From: Nitrospirota bacterium
Lineage (GTDB): Bacteria; Nitrospirota; UBA9217
NCBI GenBank assembly: GCA_963749655.1
Contig: CAVVOB010000032.1
Location: forward strand, 32,001 to 96,000
Length of the DNA: 64,000 nt
Reading direction: 5' to 3'
Shown here: piece by piece, positions 30,504 to 40,087 of the stretch
Layout: every line of letters begins with the position of its first letter
Numbering within the stretch: position 1 is the stretch's first letter
The notes under the pieces: model-generated
Databases searched by the model: none
What the model was told of the DNA's origin: nothing
The model's input: the letters and a program-made list of their open reading frames with translations, nothing else
Made by a program: the position numbers and the translations under genes

Positions 30504-32791
30504 TTTTGCGCCTCCGTTTGCGCGGGAGACGCTTCGCTATTACCGTTTACCACCTCAGGGAGATTGTCATAGACTGACTCGACAACGCCTTTCATCTCCT
30601 GGTCAGAAACAGGTAAATACTTGATTTCCTCGCCTGACTCCTGCATCTGCTTAAGATCGACGACCGCACCGACGGGAAGGTCTTCCCCATTGCCTGTTTT
30701 GCCTTTGACGGCATAAAGCACCCAACGGGGGCCTTCCAGGGAAAGGACCATATAGGCGCAGTCCGATACGGCCAGGATAGATTGAGCGCCCAGTTGGGAA
30801 AGGGTCTCGTAGCTCAAAACGATTCCGCTGCCGAGCTCATATCCCGCAGGTACGACGACGGCTTTTGACAATTCATAGACGCCATACGCGGCCCCGCCCG
30901 CTGTCGAGACAGCAGTGCCTCCCGCGAGTGTCGAGGCGGCAATGGTGTTCCCAAAAGTCTGGGTTGCCACCCAGCCGGCCTCGCCCGTAACGAGCAGCGT
31001 ACTTCCCGACGCAACTCCTACAGTGCCTACAGCCGTACCGATAGTTCCTCCACCCACAACAATGCCTGCGCTCGCCAGGGGAACGCCGATGTACTGTACG
31101 CCCTTGCCTGCGGCAAAACCGCCGACTTTAATAACAACGCTTGAAACCTGGCTTAACCCGACTTCACTGATGCCTGCAATAGTTCCTGCTGTGGCTGTCG
31201 CGCCTGCAGCAGCCAAGCCGCCTCCCTTGACTGCGACCCCTGCAGGTTTGCTCAAAATGACCTCTCCGGCTCCTGCAACAGCTCCTGCTGTGACTGTCGC
31301 GCCTGCCGCGGCATACCCCCCACCTTTGACAAGAACGCCGCCGGCTTTGCTCAAGCCGGCTTCGCTGACACCTGCGGCAGGTCCGGCAACGGCTGCTGCG
31401 CCTGCAACCACGTGAGAACCGGTGAAATCGAGCAAACCATATACGCCTGCCACCGCCGCAACGCCAGTCGGCGCCACGATATCATACCCCATCTTCGCGG
31501 TGTCCCACGTGACCTCGACTGCCAGCTTGGTCGTGGCAACTCCCTCACGCACCACGACCATGGAAGGAAATGCAAGACAGTTGACGCTTATATACCCTAC
31601 CGACGCTGCAGTCATCTTCCCGAGGGGTTCGATGGTGGCGTCCCACAATATCCCCTGAAGAACCCACCTCAGCGACTTCAACACCGCCAGACTCAAGCCC
31701 GTTGTCGAACTGTCTTTCAGCTCTTTTCCGGCCATTTTAAAACTCTCCGACACATCAGTCGTATAGTTTTTTGCAGTATCGGTCATGAGATCAACAGAGG
31801 GCTTTGACCATGCGTTGCGCTTTTCGTTTGACTCCCTGATGATCTCGCCGAACTTTGCGTCGGACAGGCTGTCTCCCATCTCGCCGACTCGCTTTTTCAT
31901 TTTCGAAGGAACGGCAACATATCCCCTGACAAAGGCTTTTCCCGCATAAACAAGCGCATCGCCGCTCCTGTTCGCGCTTGCTGCTGAGATGTCCTTCGCC
32001 GCATGAAGAGATCCTGAAGCGAGCCCCAGTCCCTGGGCAGTTCCTTTTTCGCTGACCTGGTCTCCTGCGGCTGAACTTGCTTTTACGATGCTTCCCGCGG
32101 CCCGTACGGACCCCGAGATGAGATCCATCCCCTGTTTCGCACCACCCTCGCTGACTTTGTCGCCGGCCGCGGAGCTCGATGCAGCAATGTCCTTTGCCGC
32201 TTCAAATGAACCTGATGCCAGCCCCATCCCCTGTGCCATGCCTTTCTCGCTGACCGCGGAGCCGATGGACTGAGATCCGGCAATGATGGACCCGCCCTGC
32301 CGCTGTCCGGCCGCAAATGTTGCTTTTGAAAGGTCCCAGGACTTGCCGATGATGCTTTTTCCCAGCTCCGATGAGCGGTAAACGATGAGCATGCCGTTCT
32401 CGCGGGTAAACCGATGGATTGCATCGGCGGTTTCATTGGTCCGGCTGCTGATGTCCTTGGCAACGCGGTAAGTGAGCTTCGTGCCTTCAGAAACGACGTA
32501 AACGGAATCGGCGGCCTTCTTGATCGACGTTTCGAAGGATTGCCTCGCCCGCATGCCCGCGAGTTCCTGGACAAAGTCCAGCGTATTAGGGCCCGACGAG
32601 ATCAGACGTATCTCGGTGTTCGGCACCTGAAATGCGCCGTTCTTGTACAGCGAAGCATGACCTTCGACAACGAGCTTCTTCGTGTACTTCAAAGGGTCAT
32701 CCTTGGGGCCTGTTGTCGCACAGCCGACGATGAGCAGGCAGATTGAACAGATCGTAATGACCGTGGAAACCTTCTTATTATTTTTTTTCAT
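30500..32791 (-). CDS. Uncharacterised Ala/Gly-rich helical lipoprotein of about 763 aa with 33-aa repeats
   Basis: MKKNNKK...LLIVGC lipobox, two blocks of 3x33-aa repeats and long hydrophobic segments; paralogous to 32778..34262. Confidence 0.8.
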   Translation of the reverse strand: MKKNNKKVSTVITICSICLLIVGCATTGPKDDPLKYTKKLVVEGHASLYKNGAFQVPNTEIRLISSGPNTLDFVQELAGMRARQSFETSIKKAADSVYVVSEGTKLTYRVAKDISSRTNETADAIHRFTRENGMLIVYRSSELGKSIIGKSWDLSKATFAAGQRQGGSIIAGSQSIGSAVSEKGMAQGMGLASGSFEAAKDIAASSSAAGDKVSEGGAKQGMDLISGSVRAAGSIVKASSAAGDQVSEKGTAQGLGLASGSLHAAKDISAASANRSGDALVYAGKAFVRGYVAVPSKMKKRVGEMGDSLSDAKFGEIIRESNEKRNAWSKPSVDLMTDTAKNYTTDVSESFKMAGKELKDSSTTGLSLAVLKSLRWVLQGILWDATIEPLGKMTAASVGYISVNCLAFPSMVVVREGVATTKLAVEVTWDTAKMGYDIVAPTGVAAVAGVYGLLDFTGSHVVAGAAAVAGPAAGVSEAGLSKAGGVLVKGGGYAAAGATVTAGAVAGAGEVILSKPAGVAVKGGGLAAAGATATAGTIAGISEVGLSQVSSVVIKVGGFAAGKGVQYIGVPLASAGIVVGGGTIGTAVGTVGVASGSTLLVTGEAGWVATQTFGNTIAASTLAGGTAVSTAGGAAYGVYELSKAVVVPAGYELGSGIVLSYETLSQLGAQSILAVSDCAYMVLSLEGPRWVLYAVKGKTGNGEDLPVGAVVDLKQMQESGEEIKYLPVSDQEMKGVVESVYDNLPEVVNGNSEASPAQTEAQK

Positions 32792-34262
32792 CGGGCACCC
32801 TCGCATCATCGGGAATTTTTTCGAGAACATTTTTGATTACAGCAGGGTCTTCAGAAATGATGTCGACTTTGACCCCTTCCTGCTGTTCGAGCTTTTTCAG
32901 GTCAACCACTGTGCCTACCGGCAGATCTCCGAGAGAGAAGCTCTCTTTGTTTTGATCCGCACTGTACTTGATTCTACCCTGTGCTGACGCTATGACAAGC
33001 CGGGGTCCGTCCCAGGCAAGGAATATGACAGAATCGCCCGCCGCGAGAAGTGCATGGGTGGGAACAGCGGTTAGCGCGTTGTACCCGAGTACGATGCCGG
33101 CCGAAGCCTGGTTGATAACAACCTTTGTAGCGCCGGCGGCGGCATCAAAGGCCAGGAACCCGACATACTTCGCCGTATGGGCCGTAGTTTTTACAGCAGC
33201 TTCGACAGCTCCGGCAGCGGGCGCCGCAGTTGTAAAAGCGACCTGGTTCACAGCCCCCATTGTCCCCCCTGCAGCGTACGTGACCGGTATTGCACCAAGG
33301 GACAACAGAGACATGCCGCTCAGGAGTCCTCCTTCGATTGTAGGAGAGATTATCCTGATCCCGGTCTTTCCCGTATAGTAGACCGTCAAACCTACGGACT
33401 GCACCGTACGCCCTGTAACCGATGTTGCCGCAACAGGAAGAAACACCGCGTAGGTCGTGCCGGCAACGGTGTATTTGACGATGGTTTTTGATGTCGGCGC
33501 TGCGAGTCCGTAGTAAAATGATTTGAGATAACCATAGAGCACCGGACCGAGGGCGACGAGAGAATTCTGTTTTTTCCCCGATTCTTCATATTCGGCCTGG
33601 AATTCTCTGCTGGCGGTCTGGAATGCCGTGTCCCATTGAGGATCGATCTTCTTTGAAAATCGGTTCCGTGCCGTTTCGGTAAGATCATAAATGTTACTGA
33701 AATCATGCTTCAGCGACTTGTAATAGTTACCTGGGAGGTTCGCGAGTTCGCCCCGTTCCGCTTCAGTCCGTTTGGCGATCGACAGGTTCCCCGTCACGAA
33801 AGCATCCATGGCTTTTACGAATGATTCTTTCGCAATGTTCCATTCCGCCCTGCTGATCTTGTCCGTTGTAGTGAATATCTGATCGCTCCTTCTGGTGCCG
33901 GTTACAACGGTATCCTTTACCGTAGCTGCTGATTCCTGCACATCAGTCTTTATGTTTTTACCGTACTCCTGGGAGTCCCTGGATACTTTTTCCAGGGCTT
34001 CCTGCAGAGCTGTCCGTGAGTCCTGCAAGGATTTTTCTTTGGCATATGCGAATGCTTTGCGGCTGGAGGAAACGACGAACCATCCCTCGTTGTACAGCAT
34101 TTTGTGGCCGCGCATGTTTCCGACAGTCCAGGGGATTACGTCTTCGACAGGCATTTTTTCCTGGCTGGCGGTGGTCTTTCCCTCCTGGTCCTGGGCGCTA
34201 CAAAGTGTGATCGGCGCAGCGAACCAGGACAGGAGAATAAATACAAACAAAGCATAAGGCAT
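32778..34262 (-). CDS. Uncharacterised exported helical protein (494 aa), paralog of 30500..32791
   Basis: Sec-type signal peptide, charged helical N-half and hydrophobic C-half; shares GH..LY..G.F, GIVL.Y..L, GPR.V and DLPVG.VVDLK motifs with its neighbour. Confidence 0.8.
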   Translation of the reverse strand: MPYALFVFILLSWFAAPITLCSAQDQEGKTTASQEKMPVEDVIPWTVGNMRGHKMLYNEGWFVVSSSRKAFAYAKEKSLQDSRTALQEALEKVSRDSQEYGKNIKTDVQESAATVKDTVVTGTRRSDQIFTTTDKISRAEWNIAKESFVKAMDAFVTGNLSIAKRTEAERGELANLPGNYYKSLKHDFSNIYDLTETARNRFSKKIDPQWDTAFQTASREFQAEYEESGKKQNSLVALGPVLYGYLKSFYYGLAAPTSKTIVKYTVAGTTYAVFLPVAATSVTGRTVQSVGLTVYYTGKTGIRIISPTIEGGLLSGMSLLSLGAIPVTYAAGGTMGAVNQVAFTTAAPAAGAVEAAVKTTAHTAKYVGFLAFDAAAGATKVVINQASAGIVLGYNALTAVPTHALLAAGDSVIFLAWDGPRLVIASAQGRIKYSADQNKESFSLGDLPVGTVVDLKKLEQQEGVKVDIISEDPAVIKNVLEKIPDDARVPDEKK

Positions 34263-34345
34263 TGGAACCTCCTGATGAACGAGAGTGTGCTAGTTTTTCG
34301 AACCGACCAAGTATACAGGAATAAAAGGCTTGAAGGCAACAGAAG

Positions 34346-34368
34346 ACCGCAACTAAAATAGTTGCGGT
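34346..34368. other. Perfect 10-bp inverted repeat between hemB and the paralog operon (terminator or operator)
   Basis: ACCGCAACTA-AAA-TAGTTGCGGT, with only a weak T tract. Confidence 0.6.
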
Positions 34369-34442
34369 TCGACAGCATTAATGAGGTTCAGTGGTAGAAT
34401 GCAGGGAAAACCGAGGCTCTGAATAAAAACAGCGGCGGTACT

Positions 34443-35417
34443 CTATTTACTCAACAGCTCCGCCGCTTCTTTGGCAAAATAGGTGAGGATCATATCCGCT
34501 CCGGCCCGCTTCATGGCAATGAGCGACTCCATCATGACCCGCTCTCCGTCGATCCAGCCGAGCTGCGCCGCGGCCTTGACCATGGAAAATTCTCCGCTCA
34601 CATTGTAGGCGGCAACAGGAAGATTGAAGTTCTGCTTCACCTGGTAGATGATGTCAAGATAGGCCAGCGCCGGTTTCACCATAACGATGTCGGCGCCTTC
34701 CTCAATGTCCAGAGCTACTTCTCGAAGTGCCTCGCGGCTGTTCGGGGCATCCATCTGATAGGACCGGCGGTCGCCGAACTGGGGAGTCGACTCAGCGGCC
34801 TCACGGAACGGGCCGTAAAAGCTCGATGCGTATTTCGCCGCATAGGCCATGATAGGAGTGTCGTAAAAGCCTTCGCTGTCAAGGCTTGTGCGGATGGCGC
34901 CCACCCTTCCGTCCATCATGTCGGACGGCGCCACCATGTCGGCCCCTGCCTTTGCATGGGAGATCGCTTCCTTTGCCAGCAGTTCCAGCGTGGCATCGTT
35001 CTGGACCACGTTGTTCTTGATTATCCCGCAGTGGCCGTGACTCGTGTATTCGCAGAGACAGACGTCGGTGATTACGATGAGCTCGGGAAGCTTGTTTTTA
35101 ATGGCCTTGATGGCGTGCTGGACAATGCCCTCGTCGGAGTAGGCCTCGCTGCCGACTTCGTCTTTGTGCGCCGGGATGCCGAACAGGATGACAGCCGGAA
35201 TGCCGAGGCTTTTGATATCTTCGCAGTCCCTCACGATGTTGTCGATGGACTGCTGATAATTTCCGGGCATGGAGCTGATTTCCTTCTTAACGCCCTTGCC
35301 GTGGGTGACAAAGAGCGGATAGATGAAATCATCGGGAGAAAGTTTTGTCTCCCGCACCATGCGCCGGATATTTTCATTTGCCCGAAGCCGTCTTGGACGA
35401 TACAGAGGCTGGAACAT
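34443..35417 (-). CDS. hemB: Porphobilinogen synthase
   Basis: Motifs [32 protein letters not shown] and VMVKPAL. Confidence 0.98.
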   Translation of the reverse strand: MFQPLYRPRRLRANENIRRMVRETKLSPDDFIYPLFVTHGKGVKKEISSMPGNYQQSIDNIVRDCEDIKSLGIPAVILFGIPAHKDEVGSEAYSDEGIVQHAIKAIKNKLPELIVITDVCLCEYTSHGHCGIIKNNVVQNDATLELLAKEAISHAKAGADMVAPSDMMDGRVGAIRTSLDSEGFYDTPIMAYAAKYASSFYGPFREAAESTPQFGDRRSYQMDAPNSREALREVALDIEEGADIVMVKPALAYLDIIYQVKQNFNLPVAAYNVSGEFSMVKAAAQLGWIDGERVMMESLIAMKRAGADMILTYFAKEAAELLSK

Positions 35418-35442
35418 GAAACCTCCTGAACCAGTTCATAAT

Positions 35443-35511
35443 TTTTAGTTTGAGTTTTAGTTTCGGTTTGGATTTCAACTCACAACTCAAAACTCGAAAC
35501 TCAAAACTGAA
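35443..35511. repeat. Inverted array of 5 hexamers facing 5 heptamers
   Basis: TTTTAG TTTGAG TTTTAG TTTCGG TTTGGA, then TTTC, then AACTCAC AACTCAA AACTCGA AACTCAA AACTGAA. Confidence 0.75.
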
Positions 35512-35514
35512 TTT

Positions 35515-35889
35515 TTAACTGCATCCGCAGCCGCCGGTTCCGCAGCCGCCTTTCGCAGCCGGCTCTTCCCCGCCGCCGCAGCCACAGCTGCCGCCAGCCG
35601 GAGCGCCGTTCGGGAAGCCGATGACAAAGCCCTCGCCCCGTTCGTCGCTGATGAATCCCAGTTCTGCGCCGTCGAGGGTTTTCGACGTTGAGGCATCAAC
35701 GAACAGCCGTGCGCCGTTCTTTTCAACAACGGTATCGCCGTCGCCGGACTTGTCATCGATCATGATTTCATAGGACGGGCCGCAGCACCCGCCGCCTGCC
35801 GCAGTCACGCGCAGAGCGTGGTTCGGTACTCCTTCGGCCTCCAGAATTTCCTTGATCTTGTCTGCTGCAACATCAGTTATGGTGATCAT
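35515..35889 (-). CDS. HesB/IscA-family Fe-S assembly accessory protein with a Cys-rich tail
   Basis: ITITDVAADKIKE, LRV...GGGCCG and C-terminal SCGCG...GGCGTGGCGCS. Confidence 0.88.
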   Translation of the reverse strand: MITITDVAADKIKEILEAEGVPNHALRVTAAGGGCCGPSYEIMIDDKSGDGDTVVEKNGARLFVDASTSKTLDGAELGFISDERGEGFVIGFPNGAPAGGSCGCGGGEEPAAKGGCGTGGCGCS

Positions 35890-35906
35890 GCCGTCTCCTT
35901 ATAGTT

Positions 35907-35965
35907 TTGCCGCGAAGGCGCTAAAACCCGAAGGCGTTCTTCGTGTCCTGGCGTCTTTGCGGCGA
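35907..35965. repeat. Imperfect 27-bp inverted repeat built of 8-bp units
   Basis: TTGCCGCGAAGGCGCTAAAACCCGAAG, loop GCGTT, then CTTCGTGTCCTGGCGTCTTTGCGGCGA; 20 of 27 positions are complementary and most mismatches are transitions. Confidence 0.75.
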
Positions 35966-35970
35966 GGGTG

Positions 35971-37503
35971 TTACGGTTTCTTTTTAAAATATTCCGCCAT
36001 CGCATCTACAAACGCCGGGATGGTGTATTCTTTCGGCATAATGTCCGTTTTCATGCCGTATTCCGTTGCAGTTTTTGCCGTCACCGGGCCGATGCAGGCC
36101 ACGACAACGTTCTGCAATAGTTTTTTATACTCTTTTTGGCCGAGTATTTCAATAAAATTGTGCACTGTTGACGAGCTGGTGAAGGTGACGGCGGAGATCT
36201 TCTTCTCCTCAAAAAGCCTTCGCACCCGCTCGACATCGGCCGCCGGCTTGACATTTTCGTAGGCAACGGCGACGGTCACGTCGGCGCCGAGTTCCCGCAG
36301 TTTGTCGGGAATGATCTCGCGGGCCACCTTGGCGCGGGGGATCAGGAATCGCTTGCCTTTTACCTGCGCTCCGCCGAGCGCCTCCAGCACCCCTTCGGCC
36401 TTGAATTCCGTCGGGATGAGATCCGCCCGGAGGCCGTGAGCTTCAAGTGACTCGGCGGTTTTCGGCCCGACAACGCAGATTTTCACTCCCTTGAGGATCC
36501 GCACGTCCTTGCCGAGAACGCGGAGCCTCTCCATGAAGAATTTCACAGCGTTCGCACTCGTAAAGATCAGCCAATCGAAGGTCTCTACGGCCTTCAAGGC
36601 TGCATCGAGTTCATCCCAGCTGGAAGGAGGAACCACGTCAATGGTCGGGAATTCAATGGTCGTGGCGCCCCGATCGATGAGCATCTCGGCAAAAACGCTC
36701 GCCTGGTCGCGGGAACGGGTAACCACGATCCGTTTACCGAAGAAGGGCTTTGACTCGTACCAGTTCAGCTTCTGCCTGAGACGCACTACTTCGCCGACGA
36801 CAATGATGGCCGGCGGGCCGAGCTTTGCTTCCTTGACCTTGGGGACGATGTCCTTGAGCAGCCCTGTTACGACGCGCTGGTCCGTGCGTGTGCCCCACTG
36901 GATGAGCGCTACGGGCGTATCCGGGCTCCGGCCGTTTGCAATGAGATTATTGACGATGTTGTCCAGGTTCTTCATACCCATGAAAAACACGAGCGTGCCG
37001 ATCCCCGTTGATATCTTGTCCCAGTGCACTTTCGATTCGGGCTTTGTCGGGTCCTCGTGGCCGGTCACAAAGGCAACGCTGGCAGTATGCTCGCGATGGG
37101 TGAGCGGAATGCCGGCATAGGTCGGCACCGAAGTGGCCGCGGTCACGCCCGGAACAACCTCGAAGGGAATGCCGTTATCGACAAGTTCTTCGGCCTCCTC
37201 GCCGCCGCGTCCGAAGATGAAGGGGTCACCGCCCTTCAGCCGTGCGACAATATGGCCGGACCTTGCTTTGTTGATGATGAGCTGGTTGATCTGGTCCTGC
37301 GGGAGCGTATGCCGGCTGCCCTGTTTTCCGACGTAGATCAGTTCCGCGTCGGGACGCCGGTATTCAAGGAGCCGTTCGTTGGCCAGATAGTCGTAAATTA
37401 TGATATCGGCCTTTTTCACGCACTCCAGGCCCTTGACCGTGATCAGGCCGGGGTCGCCGGGACCGGCGCCGATGAGATAGACTTTTCCGATTGATTGAGT
37501 CAT
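35971..37503 (-). CDS. cobA: Fused uroporphyrinogen-III C-methyltransferase / uroporphyrinogen-III synthase (CobA-HemD)
   Basis: [11 protein letters not shown] and [16 protein letters not shown], followed by HemD motifs [15 protein letters not shown] and CIGPVTA. Confidence 0.95.
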   Translation of the reverse strand: MTQSIGKVYLIGAGPGDPGLITVKGLECVKKADIIIYDYLANERLLEYRRPDAELIYVGKQGSRHTLPQDQINQLIINKARSGHIVARLKGGDPFIFGRGGEEAEELVDNGIPFEVVPGVTAATSVPTYAGIPLTHREHTASVAFVTGHEDPTKPESKVHWDKISTGIGTLVFFMGMKNLDNIVNNLIANGRSPDTPVALIQWGTRTDQRVVTGLLKDIVPKVKEAKLGPPAIIVVGEVVRLRQKLNWYESKPFFGKRIVVTRSRDQASVFAEMLIDRGATTIEFPTIDVVPPSSWDELDAALKAVETFDWLIFTSANAVKFFMERLRVLGKDVRILKGVKICVVGPKTAESLEAHGLRADLIPTEFKAEGVLEALGGAQVKGKRFLIPRAKVAREIIPDKLRELGADVTVAVAYENVKPAADVERVRRLFEEKKISAVTFTSSSTVHNFIEILGQKEYKKLLQNVVVACIGPVTAKTATEYGMKTDIMPKEYTIPAFVDAMAEYFKKKP

Positions 37504-37524
37504 AACGAAGTACCTTAAAACAGT

Positions 37525-37643
37525 TAACCACAGATGAACACGGATAAACACGGATAAATCAAAAAGCTAAACCGGAAAGAATCCCCGACCGATGCAAGTT
37601 CATTTAGCTTTTATCAGTGCCCATCTGTGTCAATCTGTGGCTA
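37525..37643. repeat. Inverted array of 10-bp units, three per arm
   Basis: Left arm TAACCACAGATGAACACGGATAAACACGGATAAA matches the reverse complement of the right arm, TAGCCACAGATTGACACAGATGGGCACTGATAAA, at 26 of 34 positions. There is also an inner stem AAAAGCTAAA/TTTAGCTTTT. Confidence 0.8.
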
Positions 37644-37654
37644 CGAAGTTCTAA

Positions 37655-38617
37655 TCAATTCTCCAGGAGATTATTTCCGCTGAAGTCCGTGTTGTGCCCA
37701 TAGACTTCCCGCAGGATAACGTCTGCGCCTGCCGCCAGCAGCTTTTCCGCCAGTGTAACACCCAGCTTTTCGGCCTTATCAGGCGCGCCTTGGATGCTGT
37801 CCTTAATGATCCTCTTTCCGTCAACGCTGCCCACGAGGCCGGTGAGATGGAGTGTCCCCTGCTTCATTTGCCCATAGCATGCGATCGGTACCTGGCATCC
37901 GCCTTCCAGGCGGCGCAGCAAAGCGCGCTCCCCGGTGACGCAGGTTCGGCTGTCGGCGTGGTTGAAGAAAGCGATCATGTCGTTCAGTTCACGATCATCG
38001 ACGCGGCATTCGATGCCGAGCGCCCCCTGACCGATGGCGGGCAGACTGATCTCGGCGTCAATATATTCCGTGACGTTCTCGGCCAGACCCAGGCGCTTTA
38101 CCCCTGCAGCGGCAAGAATGATGGCGTCATACTGGCCCTCCTTGAGTTTCCTGAGCCGGGTATCCACGTTTCCGCGGAGCTGATGGATAACGAAGTCCGG
38201 CCGCACGTTCAGGAGCTGAGCCTGGCGTCTGAGGCTGCTCGTGCCTACGTTCGCTCCCTTCGGCAGGTCCCTGAACTTCAACTTGTTCCGGGAAAGAAGA
38301 GCGTCGCGGGCATCCTCACGCTCGGTGATGCATGAAAGGTGCAGCCCGTCGGGGAAAAAGGTCGGAACGTCCTTCATGCTGTGGACGGCGATGTCGATCT
38401 CATTTGCCAGCATTGCCTCTTCGATCTCCTTGACGAAAAGACCCTTGCCACCGACCTTGGCGAGGGGCACGTCGAGAATCTTATCGCCCGTGGTCTTGAT
38501 TTTCGTGAGCGATACGGTCACACCGGGATGCTTCTTTTCGATCTCAGACTTCACCCATTCCGCCTGCCACAGCGCAAGAGCGCTGCTGCGAGTACCGATC
38601 CTGATCTGTTTACGCAA
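37655..38617 (-). CDS. hemC: Hydroxymethylbilane synthase
   Basis: Motifs GTRSSALALWQA, GGKGLFVKEIE, AVHSMKD and LEGGCQVP. Confidence 0.98.
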   Translation of the reverse strand: MRKQIRIGTRSSALALWQAEWVKSEIEKKHPGVTVSLTKIKTTGDKILDVPLAKVGGKGLFVKEIEEAMLANEIDIAVHSMKDVPTFFPDGLHLSCITEREDARDALLSRNKLKFRDLPKGANVGTSSLRRQAQLLNVRPDFVIHQLRGNVDTRLRKLKEGQYDAIILAAAGVKRLGLAENVTEYIDAEISLPAIGQGALGIECRVDDRELNDMIAFFNHADSRTCVTGERALLRRLEGGCQVPIACYGQMKQGTLHLTGLVGSVDGKRIIKDSIQGAPDKAEKLGVTLAEKLLAAGADVILREVYGHNTDFSGNNLLEN

Positions 38618-38690
38618 TGAAAGCTCCTTTACAGCAGAATAACCATCTGTGGGAATCCTATGGAAAGAAACGCTGCGGTTTTTCGTTTAT

Positions 38691-38718
38691 AATCCGCAAT
38701 TCGAAATCAGCAATTCTC
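38691..38718. repeat. Tandem heptamer array directly after the hemA stop
   Basis: AATCCGC AATTCGA AATCAGC AATTCTC. Confidence 0.6.
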
Positions 38719-40075
38719 AGCGGCACTTGCTCTCCGGTCCCTCACCCGTATCGGGAACCACCGCTGCGGGAGACTCGTCCTTCCTGGTATGGCCCGGGCG
38801 TTTCAATTCCTTGTCCAGATTAAAAAGCCTGCGTGCGATCGCAATGGTCGCATCGCCTTCTCCCGGGGTGGAAGCCGCCTGTTTCAGCACCACGAGGGGC
38901 GCATGCAGGAGCTTGTTCACGATTGCCTGGGACATGGCCTCTACAGCCCTTTTCTGGTCGTCCGAAATCCCGTTGAGGGAGCCGAACGTCTTTTCGAGTT
39001 CCCGCTTGCGGACGTCTTCAACCTTTTCCCGCAGATCCACGATCGTAGGCACGGCATCGAGAGCGCGCTCCCACTGGAGATAGGTCTCGACTTCCTGCAT
39101 CACGATCTCTTCGGCTTTTTCGGCCTCTTTCGCCCTTCCCTCCGTGTTGACGTCAACCTTGCTCTGGAGGTCGTCGATATCGTAGAGATAGATGTTGTCG
39201 ACCTTGTCCACCTCGGGATCGATGTTCCGCGGGTTCGAGATGTCGATCATGAAGATCGGCTTGTTGCGCCGTTCCTTGAGCGCTTTGCTCACCATCTCCC
39301 GTTTCACGACATAGTGCGAGGCCCCTGTCGCACAGATAAGGATGTCCACCATCACCAGGGCATCGGGAAAATGCTCAAAACGGATCGCATCGCCCTTGAA
39401 TTCCTTGGCCAGTTCTTCCGCCCGTTCGAAGGTACGGTTCGCGACCATGATGTTCTTCACGCCATTTCCCAGAAGGTGCTGTGCCGCCAGCTCAGCCATC
39501 TCGCCGGCACCGAGGAGCATGACGTTCTTGCCTTCCAGCGCTCCGAATATTTTTTTGGCGAGCTCCACAGCCGCCGAGCTGATGGACACCGCTCCCTCGG
39601 CAAGTTTGGTTTCGGTGCGGACTCTCTTCGCGACTGAGATTGCCTTCTTAATCAGCTTGTTCAGGATCGTGCTCGTGGTCTTCGTCTTGAGGGCCGTATC
39701 AAAAGCATCCTTCAGCTGCCCCAGGATCTGCGCTTCCCCGAGGACCATGGAATCGAGGCTTGATGCCACACGGAACGTATGGCGCACACCCTGGGCGTCG
39801 GAATAGACATAGAGCGACTGCTCCAGGGACTCCCGGGAGAGGCCGTGGTAATCTGAGATGAATTGCTTGATCCGGTCGATACCCCTGGTGCTGTCCTGCA
39901 CCGACGTGTAAATCTCCACGCGGTTGCAGGTGGAAACGATCAGGCTTTCCCGGATGCCTTCATAGGTCATGAGCTTCCTGAGCGCGTCAGCAAGCGTTGC
40001 TTCGGGAAAGTTGAGCTTTTCCCGAACCTCGATAGGCGCCGATTTATGACTGAGCCCGACTACGATAATTCCCAT
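38717..40075 (-). CDS. hemA: Glutamyl-tRNA reductase
   Basis: Motifs STCNRVE, SLDSMVLGEAQILGQ and GAGEM. Confidence 0.98.
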   Translation of the reverse strand: MGIIVVGLSHKSAPIEVREKLNFPEATLADALRKLMTYEGIRESLIVSTCNRVEIYTSVQDSTRGIDRIKQFISDYHGLSRESLEQSLYVYSDAQGVRHTFRVASSLDSMVLGEAQILGQLKDAFDTALKTKTTSTILNKLIKKAISVAKRVRTETKLAEGAVSISSAAVELAKKIFGALEGKNVMLLGAGEMAELAAQHLLGNGVKNIMVANRTFERAEELAKEFKGDAIRFEHFPDALVMVDILICATGASHYVVKREMVSKALKERRNKPIFMIDISNPRNIDPEVDKVDNIYLYDIDDLQSKVDVNTEGRAKEAEKAEEIVMQEVETYLQWERALDAVPTIVDLREKVEDVRKRELEKTFGSLNGISDDQKRAVEAMSQAIVNKLLHAPLVVLKQAASTPGEGDATIAIARRLFNLDKELKRPGHTRKDESPAAVVPDTGEGPESKCR

Positions 40076-40087
40076 TCTGATATCACC

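Noticed and set aside
32781-32788. A8 run after the lipoprotein start codon as a phase-variation switch
   Set aside because: It is in frame, encodes an ordinary Lys-rich signal n-region, and homopolymer lengths in this assembly are unreliable.
35770-35800. Selenocysteine in the HesB-like protein
   Set aside because: The motif is encoded as Cys-Cys with no in-frame TGA.
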